Of a stretch of DNA of 64,000 nt, positions 26,154 through 39,972 are shown piece after piece; position 1 is the first letter of the stretch, and each line of letters starts with the position of its first letter. The stretch is taken from positions 102,920,001 through 102,984,000 of the forward strand of contig NC_043003.1 in NCBI RefSeq assembly GCF_006345805.1, written 5' to 3'. The position numbers and the translations under genes were made by a program. Source of the DNA: Octopus sinensis. Lineage: Eukaryota. The notes beneath the pieces are model-generated. The model had not been told where the DNA came from. It saw only the letters and a program-made list of their open reading frames with translations, and searched no databases.

Positions 26154-27143
26154 TTATATATTTTTGATGGGGAATAGTGAAAAGGAAGGTATGTTGATAG
26201 GGTCTGTCAGTAAAGTTTGACAAAATTTTTATCAAAATTGTTGATATCATCTAAAACATTAACATTACATTTAACACAGCACTTTCTGCTTTTCACAAAA
26301 CTTTTGCTTTGTGGACAATGATGACAAGGCATTTTTGCTCTCAGCAGAATTTTTCGTAAACAAAAAGAAAATGACAACAGCTGTCATGATAAAATAATGA
26401 GACGTGGTTATGTTTACAATATTGATATGATCGCAAATAAAAAAAAACAAACATGAAAATAATTTTGCTATATGTCAGTTAATTTTCATTATTAATTTAC
26501 AGCGAATTTTAAATAATCAAATGTTGAGCTTTAATTATATTAGATTAAAAAATATGGTGAATCATTAATTTTCGTCGATCAAAGAAGTCTCCTTAGAATT
26601 TTAAAGGTAATATCATCCAAACTTTCTGCAGCCAAAACTTTACATATGTAAATGGGCATAACTGTGTGTGTGTATGTGTGTGTATCTGAATGTATTTATG
26701 TATATCCGAATGAGTGGGCAAACGTAAGAAGGGCATTCAACAAATTTACTAGGAGTTACATGTATGAATCAAAACTGTTCAAATTCGTTGGTACTCCGAG
26801 TATCAAGCGTAATGCTAATCTTCAGCCATTTTGAAATTGAATAGCAGAAGTTGATTGTTAATTACGGCAAGGTGGGCTGCGATTGGTCGAGGAAGATCAT
26901 GCAGTGTCGTGGTTTGATGCTGGTATATCAGCGACAACAGTTGCTTGGAAAATACCGCATGGTGAAAGGGAAAATCGACCGCGTGATGGACAGGAAATCC
27001 GTCGCGTTTTTGGACGAGAAGTAGGAAGGAGCGGTATATAGTTGTATACGTGTGTGGACGCGCGCATGTTTGTATTGATGTGAGCGTGTGCATGTCTACG
27101 TGTGCGCGCACGCACACACCCACACACATACACACACACATAT

Positions 27144-27822
27144 AAACGAATATGCACGCGCGCATACACACATGCGTATTCATTTATATGTAAATATGTA
27201 TAGATGCATTTATACATGCATGCACGCATACATGTATGTATGCATGCATGCTTGTATGTATGTACATATGTATAGTAACCTGCGCGCACATGCATGCATG
27301 TGCACGTGTGTACCTGCGCGCAAATGTAGATATGAACATACATGCGCATAACAAGCGTTGGGGATTGCTAATTGGCGATCCTGCTCATGGGGTTGGCGAC
27401 GGTGACCTTGGTGCAGGCGGTGCAGAGTAGCAGCTGGTACTAAGGTAGCAGCTAGTGCCAAGGTCACGGTCACCAACCAATCCCATGAGCAGGACCACCA
27501 ATTACCAATCCTCAACGCTTGCCAATCCCCAACGGTTGGCATGCACATGTATATTTATACATGCAGGCGCACGCGCGAGTACGTGTGTGCACACGCATGC
27601 ATGTGCGTGCGTACACTAATATACATACGTACGCACATACATACATACATACATACATACATGCATGCATGCATGCATACATAGACACATGCATGCGTAA
27701 ATGCATGCATACATACATATATACATATCTACATATATGGGTATACATGGATATGCATGTGTGTATACACATACGTGTGTGTATGCGTGCGCGTGTGTGT
27801 ACGCGCGCATACACATTCGTTT
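27144..27822. repeat. Old fold-back inverted repeat with GC-richer ~60-bp inner arms (27352-27411 / 27458-27521)
   Basis: 'aagcgttggggattgctaattggcgatcctgctcatgg..gtgaccttgg' is the reverse complement of 'ccaaggtcac..cccatgagcaggaccaccaattaccaatcctcaacgctt'. Outer RY-rich arms end in aaacgaat / attcgttt. Confidence 0.75.
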
Positions 27823-28097
27823 GGTGGGGGTGCCCATGTACACACGCGCAAAAATCCCGAAACTAGTCCGTGCGTATCACTCAGGCTTGCGAGAAAGGGA
27901 TGGCCTCCCTTTGCAAATACTTCAAGGGCACTGAAATGGTGTCTAAAGCCAGCTGGAGACGACAATCTCTTGGGGCTGTAGAGCTACAGTAACACCCCCT
28001 CTCCTATGTGGTTAGCCATATTAAGATGGCTTCTATACTTTACATTATCGAGCGATTACTGTTTACATCTCATTCTGAGATTTAATAATGCTTATAT

Positions 28098-28320
28098 ATA
28101 TATATATATATATATGTAGAGTGAGTTTACGAAAAAAAAAAGACAAAGACAGGTGGTGTACGAAGCAAACAGATGTATTAGTTTAACACTCAGGAATAGA
28201 AAAAGTCTTTTATGTTTCGAGCCTACGCTCTTCTACAGAAAGGGACACAGAAAAAACAAGGAGAGAAACAAGGAGAGAGAGAAAAAAATGTGTGTAGTGG
28301 CTAACGATCTATCATGGTGA
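28098..28320 (-). mobile_element. Penelope-type terminal remnant with hammerhead-like motif, between (TA)n tracts
   Basis: Homologous to 45277-45480. The minus strand carries CUUU-CUGUAGA-A-GAGC/GCUC-GAAAC..UA-AAAG. Confidence 0.65.
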
Positions 28321-28347
28321 CTGATATATATATATATATTATATATA

Positions 28348-28391
<44 letters not shown>

Positions 28392-28392
<1 letters not shown>

Positions 28393-29460
28393 TTCTCTGG
28401 TTGTGAGCGATAAATGAGGGTTCAGTAAAATAAATCATTAATCATGTTCTTTGGACACGAATGCTTCTTTTGATGCCTGCTGGTGCCTTGCAAACCTTTT
28501 TGACAAATGGAACAAGTTGAGGACTCAGTTTGCTCCAAGTGCTTGTGGAGCATTTATTATTTGTTTGTTTTGGGGGAGGGGGTGTTGTTTTGCTTTTTAT
28601 TGGTGGACGGCAAGAACTGCTTTGCTTCACGCCACAAAATCACAGTAAGAGGTAAGCTTTCCTTTTAGAGGAGCAGCGTTTTGCCAGCGTGCTTTCATGC
28701 TTGTACGAAGTTGGTCCTGATGTTGGAGTTGACTTTGCTCAAATCTCTGAACTGAGGGGAAGCAGGACTGGTGCCAGGTCCTGCATTCTGATGCTTTGTT
28801 TTCCAGGAAGAAAAGGGAATGTTGTATTGCTTGAGATTGTCTTTTAGTTTTTCTTTGAAGCACAAGAATGGCCTTCCAACTGACCTTCCTGTTGGGAACT
28901 GGCCAAAGAGTTGTTTCGGAATTCTGATATCACTCATACTTGACAGAAGACCTGACTGTTATGAATATGGTCACTCGGTTTTATGTTGGAGATAGTATGC
29001 AAGCATCGCATATGAAAACCGTCAAGCTGGTTGATGTGCTTTCGGTACAGAGTCCAAGATTTAGCGCCATAAGGCAAAGCTGTCAAGACCACAGACTTAT
29101 ATGCATCGACTTTCACCTTCAACGATACGTCGTGGATGTTCCAAAGCCTGTGATAAAGCTTATCGAAAGCGGAAGTAGCCTTCCCGATTCTGGACTAAAT
29201 TTCTTTATCCATCTGAGCATCATTGGACAGAATGGAACCATGATAAGTGAAGGAGGAAACAGTTTTTAATGCTTTCCCATCAACATATTCTGTAGGGGTA
29301 ACAGCGGGGAAGATAGTCACGAATGGGCTGATGGACAAGCTCAGTTTTCTTGAGGCTATCAGACCAAAAGCCTTCCATGCACGTAAGAAGTTGTTTAGAA
29401 TTCATTGCATGTCCTCTGCAAAGAGCAAATCTCGAACTGTTTCCATTAAAGTCTTAGTTT
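28392..29460 (-). pseudogene. RTE-clade LINE, 3' fragment of ORF2
   Basis: TYHGSILSND..DKEI*SRIGKATSAF, KVDAYKSVVLTALPYGAKSWTLYRKH..LDGFHMRCL and RIPKQLFG..GRSVGRP. Confidence 0.85.
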
Positions 29461-29602
29461 ATGTTAATGTGTTCAAAGTACATATCGACCCCAGTGCGTA
29501 AATAAGTACCAGTTACGCACTGGGGTCGATGTAATCGACTTAATCCATTTGTCTGTCCTTGTCTGTCCCCTCTATGTTTAGCCCCTAGTAGGCAATTAAG
29601 AA

Positions 29603-29665
<63 letters not shown>

Positions 29666-29844
29666 ATATAATCTGTTTTCTTCCTTCGGCCACTGAACGA
29701 TTTAGTCTAACAACTAGACCCCAGTGCTAGTTTATGAGGACGTAAATCTACACCAGTTGGCAAGAAGTGGGAAGACAAACACAAACGCAATGGCACCTAC
29801 ACACAACATACACACACACACACACACACACACATACACTATGC

Positions 29845-29897
<53 letters not shown>

Positions 29898-30035
29898 TAA
29901 AAATGGAAATTTCCTGATGACAGTCCAGCAGGCTTGCCCAACATGCGAATAACTCGCTGTCCTTAGAAGTTATATTTCAGTTAATAACGTGTTATAATTA
30001 TCCTTTAGTGGAACGAAACTTTTTGAGGGGGTTTT

Positions 30036-30350
30036 TGAATAAATGATGTCGGTAATAACCATTCACTCCCTCTCTATCTCTCGGACAGAGATGAACCTAC
30101 AAATCTCTCCCGTCACAACTCCGGGGCATGTGATTAGTACGCCACATGAAAGAATCTGAAGGCGGATCCTTGAAGCCGAATCAACCAGCAGGTGACCTAG
30201 GGCTAAACCAAGAACGAGATGGTTGGGTAATATGCATAATCTCAATTGGCCACGCTTTGGGATCCAACCGGAAAGTAATTACGGTCGCTTCTGATAGGAC
30301 CCAATGGATGAGGTGTCTGAGGACTCTATCTCCATGATCCTTTCAAGAAT
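30036..30350 (+). mobile_element. RTE 3'-end fragment; its first ~210 bp recur at 32813-33017
   Basis: GHVIxTPHERI..WIL..PRA(K/R)PRTxWL resembles the RTE C-terminal motif GHV.R..R..RGRP..W. Confidence 0.7.
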
Positions 30351-30994
30351 AGCCTGTGGAGAAGATGGATGAATGGATTATCTATGTTGGATTGGTTTTG
30401 GAGAGAAAAATCACAGGAAAAGCTATTTTCAATTGCAGTTATGATTTCCTTATAAAACCCGAAATTCTTTGAGAGAAATGTACTTCCCTAAGCCCTGTTC
30501 AGGCTGCAGGAATGACGGTTTTTATATCAGGCATAATGGGCGCAAGAAACTCATCTTTCGCCCTATCTTTAGTATCAACTCTCATTGCATTGCTCACTGA
30601 GAAACATTGAATATAAAAGAAACAGTGCGATAGGAAGAATAGAGTCAACTTGAGAGACTGTCTCCTTATGTTGTCACGTGCTTCAGTTACCTGCAAATGA
30701 GTCCAAGACAAGCTTTCAGGTACTTTCTTGCTACATCCACCAGTTTCGGTTTCTAAAGCTTCAGAAGGAAATCTCTCCACATCTCATAGAAACGATCAGT
30801 TGAAGGAAATTTTAGTTCATTGATATTATTACTGTGAATTATTCCGGTGCATCTGCCTAATACGAAGTAAAGGGCAGATTTTACGATACCCGGGGTGCGA
30901 AGTTTGATGTTATCATGCAAGTCATTAGAACTGATTGTGGAAGTGGTGAGCACGAGTGCGTGCGTGCGTGTGTGTGTGTGTGTGTGTGTGTGTA

Positions 30995-31320
30995 AATCAC
31001 CCTCATGGACGCCAATATTACCACTACCACCAAACCACCACCACCGCTTCCACCTCCATCACTTCCACCTCCATCACTTCCACCATCATCACAACCACCA
31101 CCATCATCATCACCACTATTACCACCCTCACCAGCATCACCACCTCCACCACCACCGCTACCACCTCCACCACCATCATCATCACCACCTCCACCACCAT
31201 CATTACCGACGCCACCATCTTCAAAAACGTCACCACCACTACCACCACCAACAACCCTACAACCACTACCTTGATCCCTACCGTCACCTACACCACTTCC
31301 ATGACCACGAACGACAACAG
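30995..31320. repeat. Degenerate (ACC/ATC)n trinucleotide tract
   Basis: Visible directly; produces poly-His, poly-Thr, poly-Pro and poly-Gly ORFs in several frames. Confidence 0.85.
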
Positions 31321-32059
31321 GGAGCAAAATGTTTTAGAGATTGACAAGTCATTAGTTGAACAGGTGCGATTCTATAAACCTATCTAAAGGCAATTGTATT
31401 TATGTTAATATTGTTGTTGAATAGCTCTGGTCAGACCAACGGATATTCTATGAATGTCATATATTATGTTAATTACTAACATTAGAATATCCTCGACCAC
31501 GAGATTCGCTTGCTTATGTCTACTGGCTTGTAGCTTGACAATTTGTTATAGGAAATGGATGAAACGCTTTCATTAACGGACAAGTTTTGAAGTGTGAATA
31601 ACATTTACGGTTGAAGACTGACTTGGAAGTACGGATTCTAACAGCTCGCACACTTCAGAAATTACTATAATTAAAGTATATCATCAATAAGAATCAACCC
31701 TCCTATATTAAAGGATAATTATGTAAGGGGTCTTTGATAAATTTATTTATTACATGAGTTGAGAGACATCTTGGATTGTGTGAAACCACATAAGAAGGAT
31801 AAAACGGAGTCGTTTCTCTCAAGTCTGAGAAATACAGCAGTCGGTTCGACAATGAAATTATGTAAAGATGAGATAGAACTCCGTCCCATCGCCAAAAATA
31901 TTATCGCACCAAAATTTGGTAGCAACAAAAGTATAGTCAGTGAACGAAGGCTATATTCGTGGAAACAATATTCTGGGCGCCATATTATTAACTTTGCAGT
32001 TCTCGTTTATCCAAATATTTGTAAATTTCCTGTATCATTTGCGGAAGAGACTATTAGTG

Positions 32060-32144
<85 letters not shown>

Positions 32145-32233
32145 ATCCCAACATGAAAACACAAAGAGAAAACACAGCAACGCGAGGACTTGGAACAAGT
32201 ATAGTGTTATTGGACGCTCAGGAAAGAAGGAGG

Positions 32234-32268
32234 GTTTAACGTTTCGAGCGGAGCTCTTCGTCAGAAAC
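32234..32268 (-). ncRNA. Minimal type I hammerhead ribozyme motif (Penelope-type)
   Basis: Minus strand reads GUUU CUGACGA A GAGC UCC GCUC GAAA CG UU AAAC: intact core, 4-bp stem I, 4-bp stem II, palindromic ACGU stem III and GUU triplet. Confidence 0.75.
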
Positions 32269-32812
32269 ATAGGAAAAGGAAAGATCCAAAGAAGGGAATA
32301 CGGAGGAAAAAAGTCGCCAACGGTACACCCGCGGTCACATTTTGAATCATTTATATTTATGTCTAGAACTGAACAAGGGAAACTGTTGCAGGATGTTGTT
32401 TCTGCGGGTGACAATATTATTATAGTTTTGAAAATCAACTTCGATTCAGATTTTTTAAATAATTTTGTCTTTGATGTAGATCAAGAACGTTACATGACTG
32501 TGGTTAACGTCCTGTAGTCGATAAACCATGTTTTAATTCTAAGACGATCACACATTTCGTAAAGATATGTGGTAAACCAATAATCTTTTCAGCCCTGTAA
32601 ATGGTAGGGTAATGGAATAAATGGTTGACCATTGACTGTGGTAAATAATTGTCATTACATCTTGAACAAAAATTAGAGTTAAATCATACTCTAAAATTCT
32701 CTTATAAACAGAAATACGTTGGAGGAAACACGTTTCATAAAATTAGAAAGATGATTCTAAACATTGAACTGAATAATTTCTGTTATCTAAATTTGTTGTC
32801 TCTGCAATATTT

Positions 32813-33017
32813 TGAGAGGATTTTTGAATAAATGATGTCGGTAATAACCATTCACTTCCTCTCTATCTCTCGGACAGAGATGAACCTACAAATCTCTCCC
32901 GTCACAACTCCGGGACATGTGATTAGAACGCCACACGAAAGAATCTGAAGGTGGATCCTTGAAGCCGAATCAACCAGGAGGTGACCTAGGGCTAGACCAA
33001 GAACGAAATGGTTGGAT
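32813..33017 (+). repeat. Second copy of the 30036-30240 RTE-derived segment
   Basis: Direct repeat, roughly 90% identical by eye. Confidence 0.85.
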
Positions 33018-35569
33018 ATCGTGGGAATCTCAACATTATTACAATTTCAGTTTTTCAAATAATTAAATTTAAAGATTAAGCTTCTGCCATTAATTGTCTA
33101 CGCTTTATGAGTTGGTTCTTCGTAATTTATTTATTTTTAATTGACAAACCTTTGGACTTTTGAATATTCACTGATAGAAGCTTTGTAATTTCAGTGGAAA
33201 TAACATTCAGATGTTCTTATACTCGAAGTCGTCCTTTTGAAGACTGCGAGTTGATTAACGTTGAAACTGCTTGACTGAGAAAATAATTAACGAGGTCGTT
33301 AAGTTGTAGGAGTCAACAAAAATGACAATAAAAGACGTTTAGACGTTTAATGATTTACTCCGCATCTTCTACTATTAATAGACACAACACACATAGAGAT
33401 GCATTTCCTCTCCGACTCATTAGTGCTATTTTGAGCCAAACTCATGGCAAACGCCGTATTACAGTACTGTCGACCTTCATTCTTATTATTAAGTGTTCTT
33501 TGGCTTCCCAAGAGCAAAGTTAAGCAGACTTTCAAGCTAAATAATGAATTATTCAATTTTATGCGATTTTCTTTTTAGTTACAAATAGTACGTGGTTTAA
33601 ACTGAGTTAACAAAGAAATTAAATAGTTAAGAAGTGGCTCATTATTTTGATGATATGATGAATAGAGGAGTAAATAAAATGACCCACGAGGACGTTTGGA
33701 AAGCTTTTAAATGTGCCCCAAAATGTAGGGTTATAGATTTAAAAGGGTAGCTTATTGATTTCTTGATATGGTGAACAGGGGAGAACAATTCGAAAACTTC
33801 TCTCAAGCGTACCCCAAAAGTAGTGAACCCGTTCCAGGGTTACTACTTGAAATTGCTGGATATCACAAGAAATTTAAGCATTTTGTTAAGTCAATTGTAA
33901 ATTTCGTGAAATTGATAAAACACAAAAATTCTGAAACGGCAGGACCCTTGTTTGAAGCTAAACAGTGCTAACGCTTACCATTATCGACCAGATATGTTTT
34001 GATGCAATTGAGAAACTGTCATTATTTCTTTACCGATTCCAGCAACTAGTTCACAAATTACTCTCGAAACAGATGAGTATATATCTTCAACAATTTCTGT
34101 CCTAATTCAAAACGGGATGACAATTTACTCCTATTCAGAATGATTTTATGATATTGAAAGAGGAAAAAAAAAACTGCTGAATAACTAGATTATCTTGCAA
34201 TGCTCAAAAAATAAAACGGTTGAAAGTATGTGACACGGGCACAAGTATCTAAATTGTTCACAGATCAATAAGCAATAACTTTTTCTGTTTTGTTAGTAGA
34301 CCTAAACTCGTCATTCAAAATACTAAATTGCATCGTCAGACTTAAATTTTTTCAGGGTTCTCCGTGAAGTAATAAAACCACATAGAAACAAAGAAATCGG
34401 ATGGAGGTACCAAAACTAGAATTGGTACCATTGTTAATAATATTGTAATAGTGTTCTGAGGAATTGTAGTAGTAGTAGTAGTAGAGTGTAGAAGTAATTG
34501 TATTTATTAGTGTGGTATTTAATAACCTACTAGTGAGTCTGCTGGCCAGTGTTTAGTGCAGTAAGGATTCGAACCTCGACCGCATGATATTCGGTTAGGG
34601 ATCACAATTAAGCTCCATGTGAATGATCTCTAATCGACTCAGTTCCACGTGACTGGTCTATGTATCGATTAATCGGCATGAAGCTGTGGCGTGATATGGT
34701 TCCTCGGTTGATCTAAAATTTACCCCTTTTTACCCTATAAAAATCCTTTGGCTCCTAAGCCAGCCAGACGGCATCGGTAAAGTGCTAAAACAAGTCGACC
34801 TTAGGCTTTCGTACAGACGCCTCGGGCATTCGTGCACACCACGTTGGACATTCGCAGAGAGCACACTACTAAGACCAGACCACCTCAGGCACTTGGACAG
34901 ACCACCACGAGCAAGAAACAATTTCAGAAACTCACACACGACATATCACATCTCGTCTTCCACAAGACAGCGCAGTTCTCTCCTCTCAGTTGCCGGTTTT
35001 ATCCTCAGCATCTTTCTTTTGTAAACAGCCAACACAGTAACCATGTCCACAATAAAAATTTAGGTTCGTGAGATGCTTTATTTATCATACGCGCAACCAG
35101 CTACACCCCACCAATACAACACACCAACAAGCAACCACCACCGACATTGGTGAACAATCTCACTAGCGACTATACTGTTGTTTCTGTTCAGCTCCAGGTC
35201 AGCCGTGATCATCACATCTTCCCAGAAATAATGTATTTACTTGATCACTCAATATGACTCTCTTTGTTTTGAAGACAGTAGGGTGTAATTAGGGGATAGA
35301 TTTAGATGCATAAAACGTGATTGTTTCTAACATGGGTAGGAGGCCACTAGTTTTGTAAAGGGGTGGAGTTTTCTGTTAAATTACTTCCAGCATTTGATAG
35401 GCATTTCATCGAAATCGGATAATAAAAAGGAAAGGTAACAACGGTGATTCTTGAAATCAAAACCCAAAGGGCTGAAACAAAGACCGTTGGGCATTTTCCA
35501 CTGGTTTAACGATAAGTTTCCGCCAATCCATAACAAAAATAATCTTTCTACTATAAGTGCGATACTTGA

Positions 35570-35730
35570 ATTTTTTTTAGAGCGAAGAGCTAGTCGATCA
35601 CAGCAACCCCAGGACTCGACTGGTACCCATTTCATCAATCCCGGAAGGATGAAAAAGCAAAGTCGACCTTGGCGGAACTTGAAATCGGAACGTAGAGACT
35701 GACGAAATGCCACTAAGCATTACCCGACTG
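35570..35730 (-). mobile_element. SINE family B, diverged
   Basis: 'ggtacccatttcatcaatcccggaaggatgaaaaagcaaagtcgacc...ggaacttgaaatcggaacg'. Confidence 0.7.
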
Positions 35731-36151
35731 GCAGAGGACAGCGAGTACCTGACATTCCGTGTAATATACTTATGCCCTATGTAGAATCAACAGTGGTTCG
35801 GGATCAGTCTTTTGTTGGCTTGACAAAAACAAAATTGGTATTTAATGATAATTTTCGGCAATGTAGCATGCCGAAATCAAATCCAGATGTTGGCAACGTC
35901 TCACGACATGTTGATGATTTCAACACTAATTATGGCCAACTCTCAAGACATTTGGCTCAGATCTTTTTGGCGATCAGCCAAAATGTCGTAACAGACTTAC
36001 CAGTGCCAGGGCTTTGAATGTGCCAATGTGTTCTGTTGTTGTTTCTTTTTGACTTTAGTTTGGAAGTTAACGAACAAGAGTGACCTAAGATCAAGGAAAT
36101 TTCAGCCGTCACCATCCCATTAGTTTATATAACAGGTATTATACTGCCTTT

Positions 36152-36480
36152 GTGAAGGTGCATGGCTCAGTAGTTAGAGCCTCTGGCTCACAATCATGGG
36201 GTTATGAGTTCGATTCCTGGACATGGCTGTGTTGTGTTTTTGAGCAAGACACTTTATTTCACGTTGCTCCAGTTCACTCAGCTGTAGAAATGAGTTGCGA
36301 CATCACTGGTGCCAAGTTGTATCGACTTTTACCTTTCCCTTGGATAACATCGGTGACATGGAGAGGAGAGGCTGATATGGTGGGCGATTGCTGGCCTTCC
36401 GTAAACAACCTTACCCGGACTTGGGCCACGCAGGGCAACTTTCTAGGTGCAAATCTATGGTCATTCATGACCGAAGGGGG
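36152..36480 (+). mobile_element. tRNA-derived SINE with core 'ttgagcaagacactttatttcacgttgctccagttcactcagctg'
   Basis: A-box 'tggctcagtagtt' and B-box 'gagttcgattcc' followed by a non-tRNA core. Confidence 0.75.
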
Positions 36481-37104
36481 TCTTTACACTTTAGCCTTCT
36501 ATTATACTGCCCACTGTATCCGTTAGTTATTTGAGAGGGATTTGTGTGCTATTTTTACCAGGGTGAGCAGCCTTGTAGAGATACCCTCGTAAATATATGG
36601 ACGAAAGAATATTATCGTAGTTGTGGTAGTAGAATTGTGTCGTTATTGTAGTATTACTGTGTTAGTAGTGGCCATAGTAATTAGTTATATTGCTCGTGAG
36701 CGTAGTAGTAGTAGTGTTATTGGTGTAATGTTGTGGTGATAATGGTGATTAGATTTATTGTTACAGTGTTGTTGTGGCGATTATAAAGGACCTTTGTGGA
36801 ATTGGTGTTATTGACACATCGTGATTGTTGTTGTCATAGATACTGGCTGCTGCCATTTAGCTCTACGCTGCCATAAACAAGCAGAAATGAGATCAAGTAG
36901 GTTCCAGCTATGTCCATTTCGTCAGCTTTTTCTGGCATATTATATGTATCTATCTAACGCATTCATTTTGAGGAAACAGAAGATTACTCTGTTATTTCTC
37001 GCAGATCGAGCGACCACCTTCACATTTCATGATTGTTGTTGGTGGTTGAGATGTTTGTTATTCACTGGTTCACTTGCACGCACATTCGCTCGCATTTGTG
37101 GAAG

Positions 37105-37411
37105 CACTCCGTCGGTTACGACGATGAGGGTTCCGGTTGATCCGAATCAACGGAACAGCCTGCTCGTGAAATTAACGTGTAAGTGGCTGAGCACTCCACA
37201 GACACGTGTACCCTTAACGTAGTTATCGGGGATATTCAGCGTGGCACAGAGAGTGACAAGGCCGGGATCACCACCATCCCCTGCCGGAGCCTCGTGGAGC
37301 TTTTAGGTGTTTTCGCTCAATAAACACTCACAACGCCCGGTCTGGGAATCGAAACCGCTATCCTATGACCGCGAGTCCGCTGCCCTAACCACTGGGCCAT
37401 TGCGCCTCCAC
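37105..37411. mobile_element. SINE body fragment (+, 37105-37262) joined to a family E tRNA-like head (-, 37267-37411)
   Basis: Matches 5905-6070 and 62790-62932. Confidence 0.75.
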
Positions 37412-37810
37412 GCTCGCATGTAGACTCACTTGCACAGAAGCTCATTCGCACGTCTACACACTCACTAAACCCGCGCACACGCTCGCTCGCTTGCATGCGA
37501 GCATGTACGCGAGTGCTCACTCACACACATGCTCGCTCGCTCACACGTTCGTTCACTCGCACGCACGCTCACTCATACACGCGCTCGATCACTCGCTCAC
37601 TCGTGCACATGCACGCTCACTCACTCCCACGCATGCATACACGCACACTTACGAACACGCACCACACTCATGCTCATTGTCACACACTTCAGTATATGAA
37701 CAAAAGTTAAACTATAGACAAATATTCATTTCAGTGCTTATATTGATGGATGTGTGTGTGAGCGAAAGTATGTATGTGTATGTATGAGTGCATGAGTGTG
37801 TATGTGAGAA

Positions 37811-37857
<47 letters not shown>

Positions 37858-38043
37858 ATGTGTGTAGTTGTATGAGTGCCAGCATCTTGCACATAAAAAT
37901 TTCATTAACTGGAATTTTACAGCTGTAAACACCAGATAATAACATGTCAGATGTTCATCTTTGAGAATAAGGTGTTTGTGGTGGCGACGGCGACAGAAGT
38001 TACAACGACAAAGAAAGACCATTATTGAATGACATTGGTAGGG

Positions 38044-38083
<40 letters not shown>

Positions 38084-38094
38084 TTCTCTCTTTT

Positions 38095-38498
38095 TCTCTT
38101 TTACTTGTTTCAGTCATTTGACTGCGGCCATGCAGGAGCACCGCCTTTAATCGAGCAACTCGACCCCGGGACTTATTCTTTTGTAAGCCCACTACTTATT
38201 CTATCGGTCGCTTTGGCCGAACCGCTAAGTAACGGGGACATAAACACACCAGCATCGGTTGTCAAGCAATGCTAGGGGGACAAACACAGACACACAAACA
38301 CACACACGCATATATATATATATACACATATATACGACGGGCTTCTTTCAGTTTCCGTCTACCAAATCCACTCACAAGGCTTCGGTCGACACGAGGCTAT
38401 AGTAGAAGACACTTGCCCAAGGTGCCACGCAGTGGGACTGAACCCGGAACCATGTGGTTGGTAAACAAGCTACTTACCACACAGCCACTCCTGCGCCT
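38095..38498 (-). mobile_element. SINE family A, full length, low divergence
   Basis: Complete head (aggcgcaggagtggctgtgtggtaag...ggttccgggttcagtccc), centre and tail. Confidence 0.9.
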
Positions 38499-38589
38499 GC
38501 ACACACACAGAAATTACATATATACACATACACAAATGCATACATACTCATGCATGCAAACATGCACGTACTTGCCTAGAAACTATGTT

Positions 38590-38637
<48 letters not shown>

Positions 38638-38639
38638 AT

Positions 38640-39025
38640 GTGTTATGTGTGTGCACATACATACATACATACACACATACATACATACATACATACACAC
38701 ACACACATACATACATACATACACACACACATACATACATACATACATACATACATACATACACACATACATACATACATACATACATACATACATACAT
38801 ACATACATACATAATTACACACACACACATACATACATACATACATACATACATACATACATACATACATACATACATACAAACATACACACATACATAC
38901 ATACATACATACATACATACACACACACATACATACATACATACATACATACATACATACATACATACATACATACACACACACACATACATACATACAT
39001 ACATACATACACAGACATACATACA

Positions 39026-39059
<34 letters not shown>

Positions 39060-39453
39060 CATACATACATACATACACACATACATACATACATACACAC
39101 ATACATACACACATACATACATACATACACACACACATACATATAACACAGACAAAGGCATGCATTCACATGCACATAAATATTCATACAGCTATAGCAG
39201 CCTGTTAGGTGGAGCATACCAGTAATTAAAAAGGGTATAGCTTTATTATACACTGCATCACCCTGATTCTACCTTAGAATTACGTTAAGGGTAAACTGTA
39301 TAATAAAGCTATACCCTTTTTAATTACTGGTATGCCCCACCTAACAGGCTGCTATAGCTGTATGAATATTTATGTGCATGTGAATGCATGCCTTTGTCTG
39401 TGTTATATGTATGTATGTGTGTATGTATGTATGTATGTGTGTATGTATGTATG

Positions 39454-39484
<31 letters not shown>

Positions 39485-39607
39485 GTATGTGTGTATGTAT
39501 GTATGTATGTATGTATGTGTGTATGTATGTGTGTATGTATGTATGTATGTATATATGTGTGTATGTATGTATGTATGTATGTATGTATGTATGTATGTAT
39601 GTATGTA

Positions 39608-39638
<31 letters not shown>

Positions 39639-39721
39639 ATGTATGTATGTATGTGTGTATGTATGTATGTATGTATGTATGTATGTATGTATGTATGTAT
39701 GTGTGTATGTATGTATGTATG

Positions 39722-39755
<34 letters not shown>

Positions 39756-39779
39756 TGTATGTATGTATGTATGTATGTA

Positions 39780-39812
<33 letters not shown>

Positions 39813-39941
39813 ATGTATGTATGTGTGTGTGTATGTGTGTATGTATGTATGTATGTATGTATGTATGTATGTGTGTATGTATGTATGTATGTATGTATGT
39901 ATGTATGTATGTATGTATGTATGTATGTATGTATGTATGTA

Positions 39942-39972
<31 letters not shown>

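Noticed and set aside
30881-31387. His-, Thr-, Pro- and Gly-rich ORFs
   Set aside because: They overlap in several frames on both strands of one degenerate trinucleotide tract; no start, splice or domain context.
35772-36017. 81-aa non-repetitive ORF as a possible host exon
   Set aside because: No recognisable domain, no convincing splice-site pair and no neighbouring exons; the same holds for 31759-32145 and 43390-44000.
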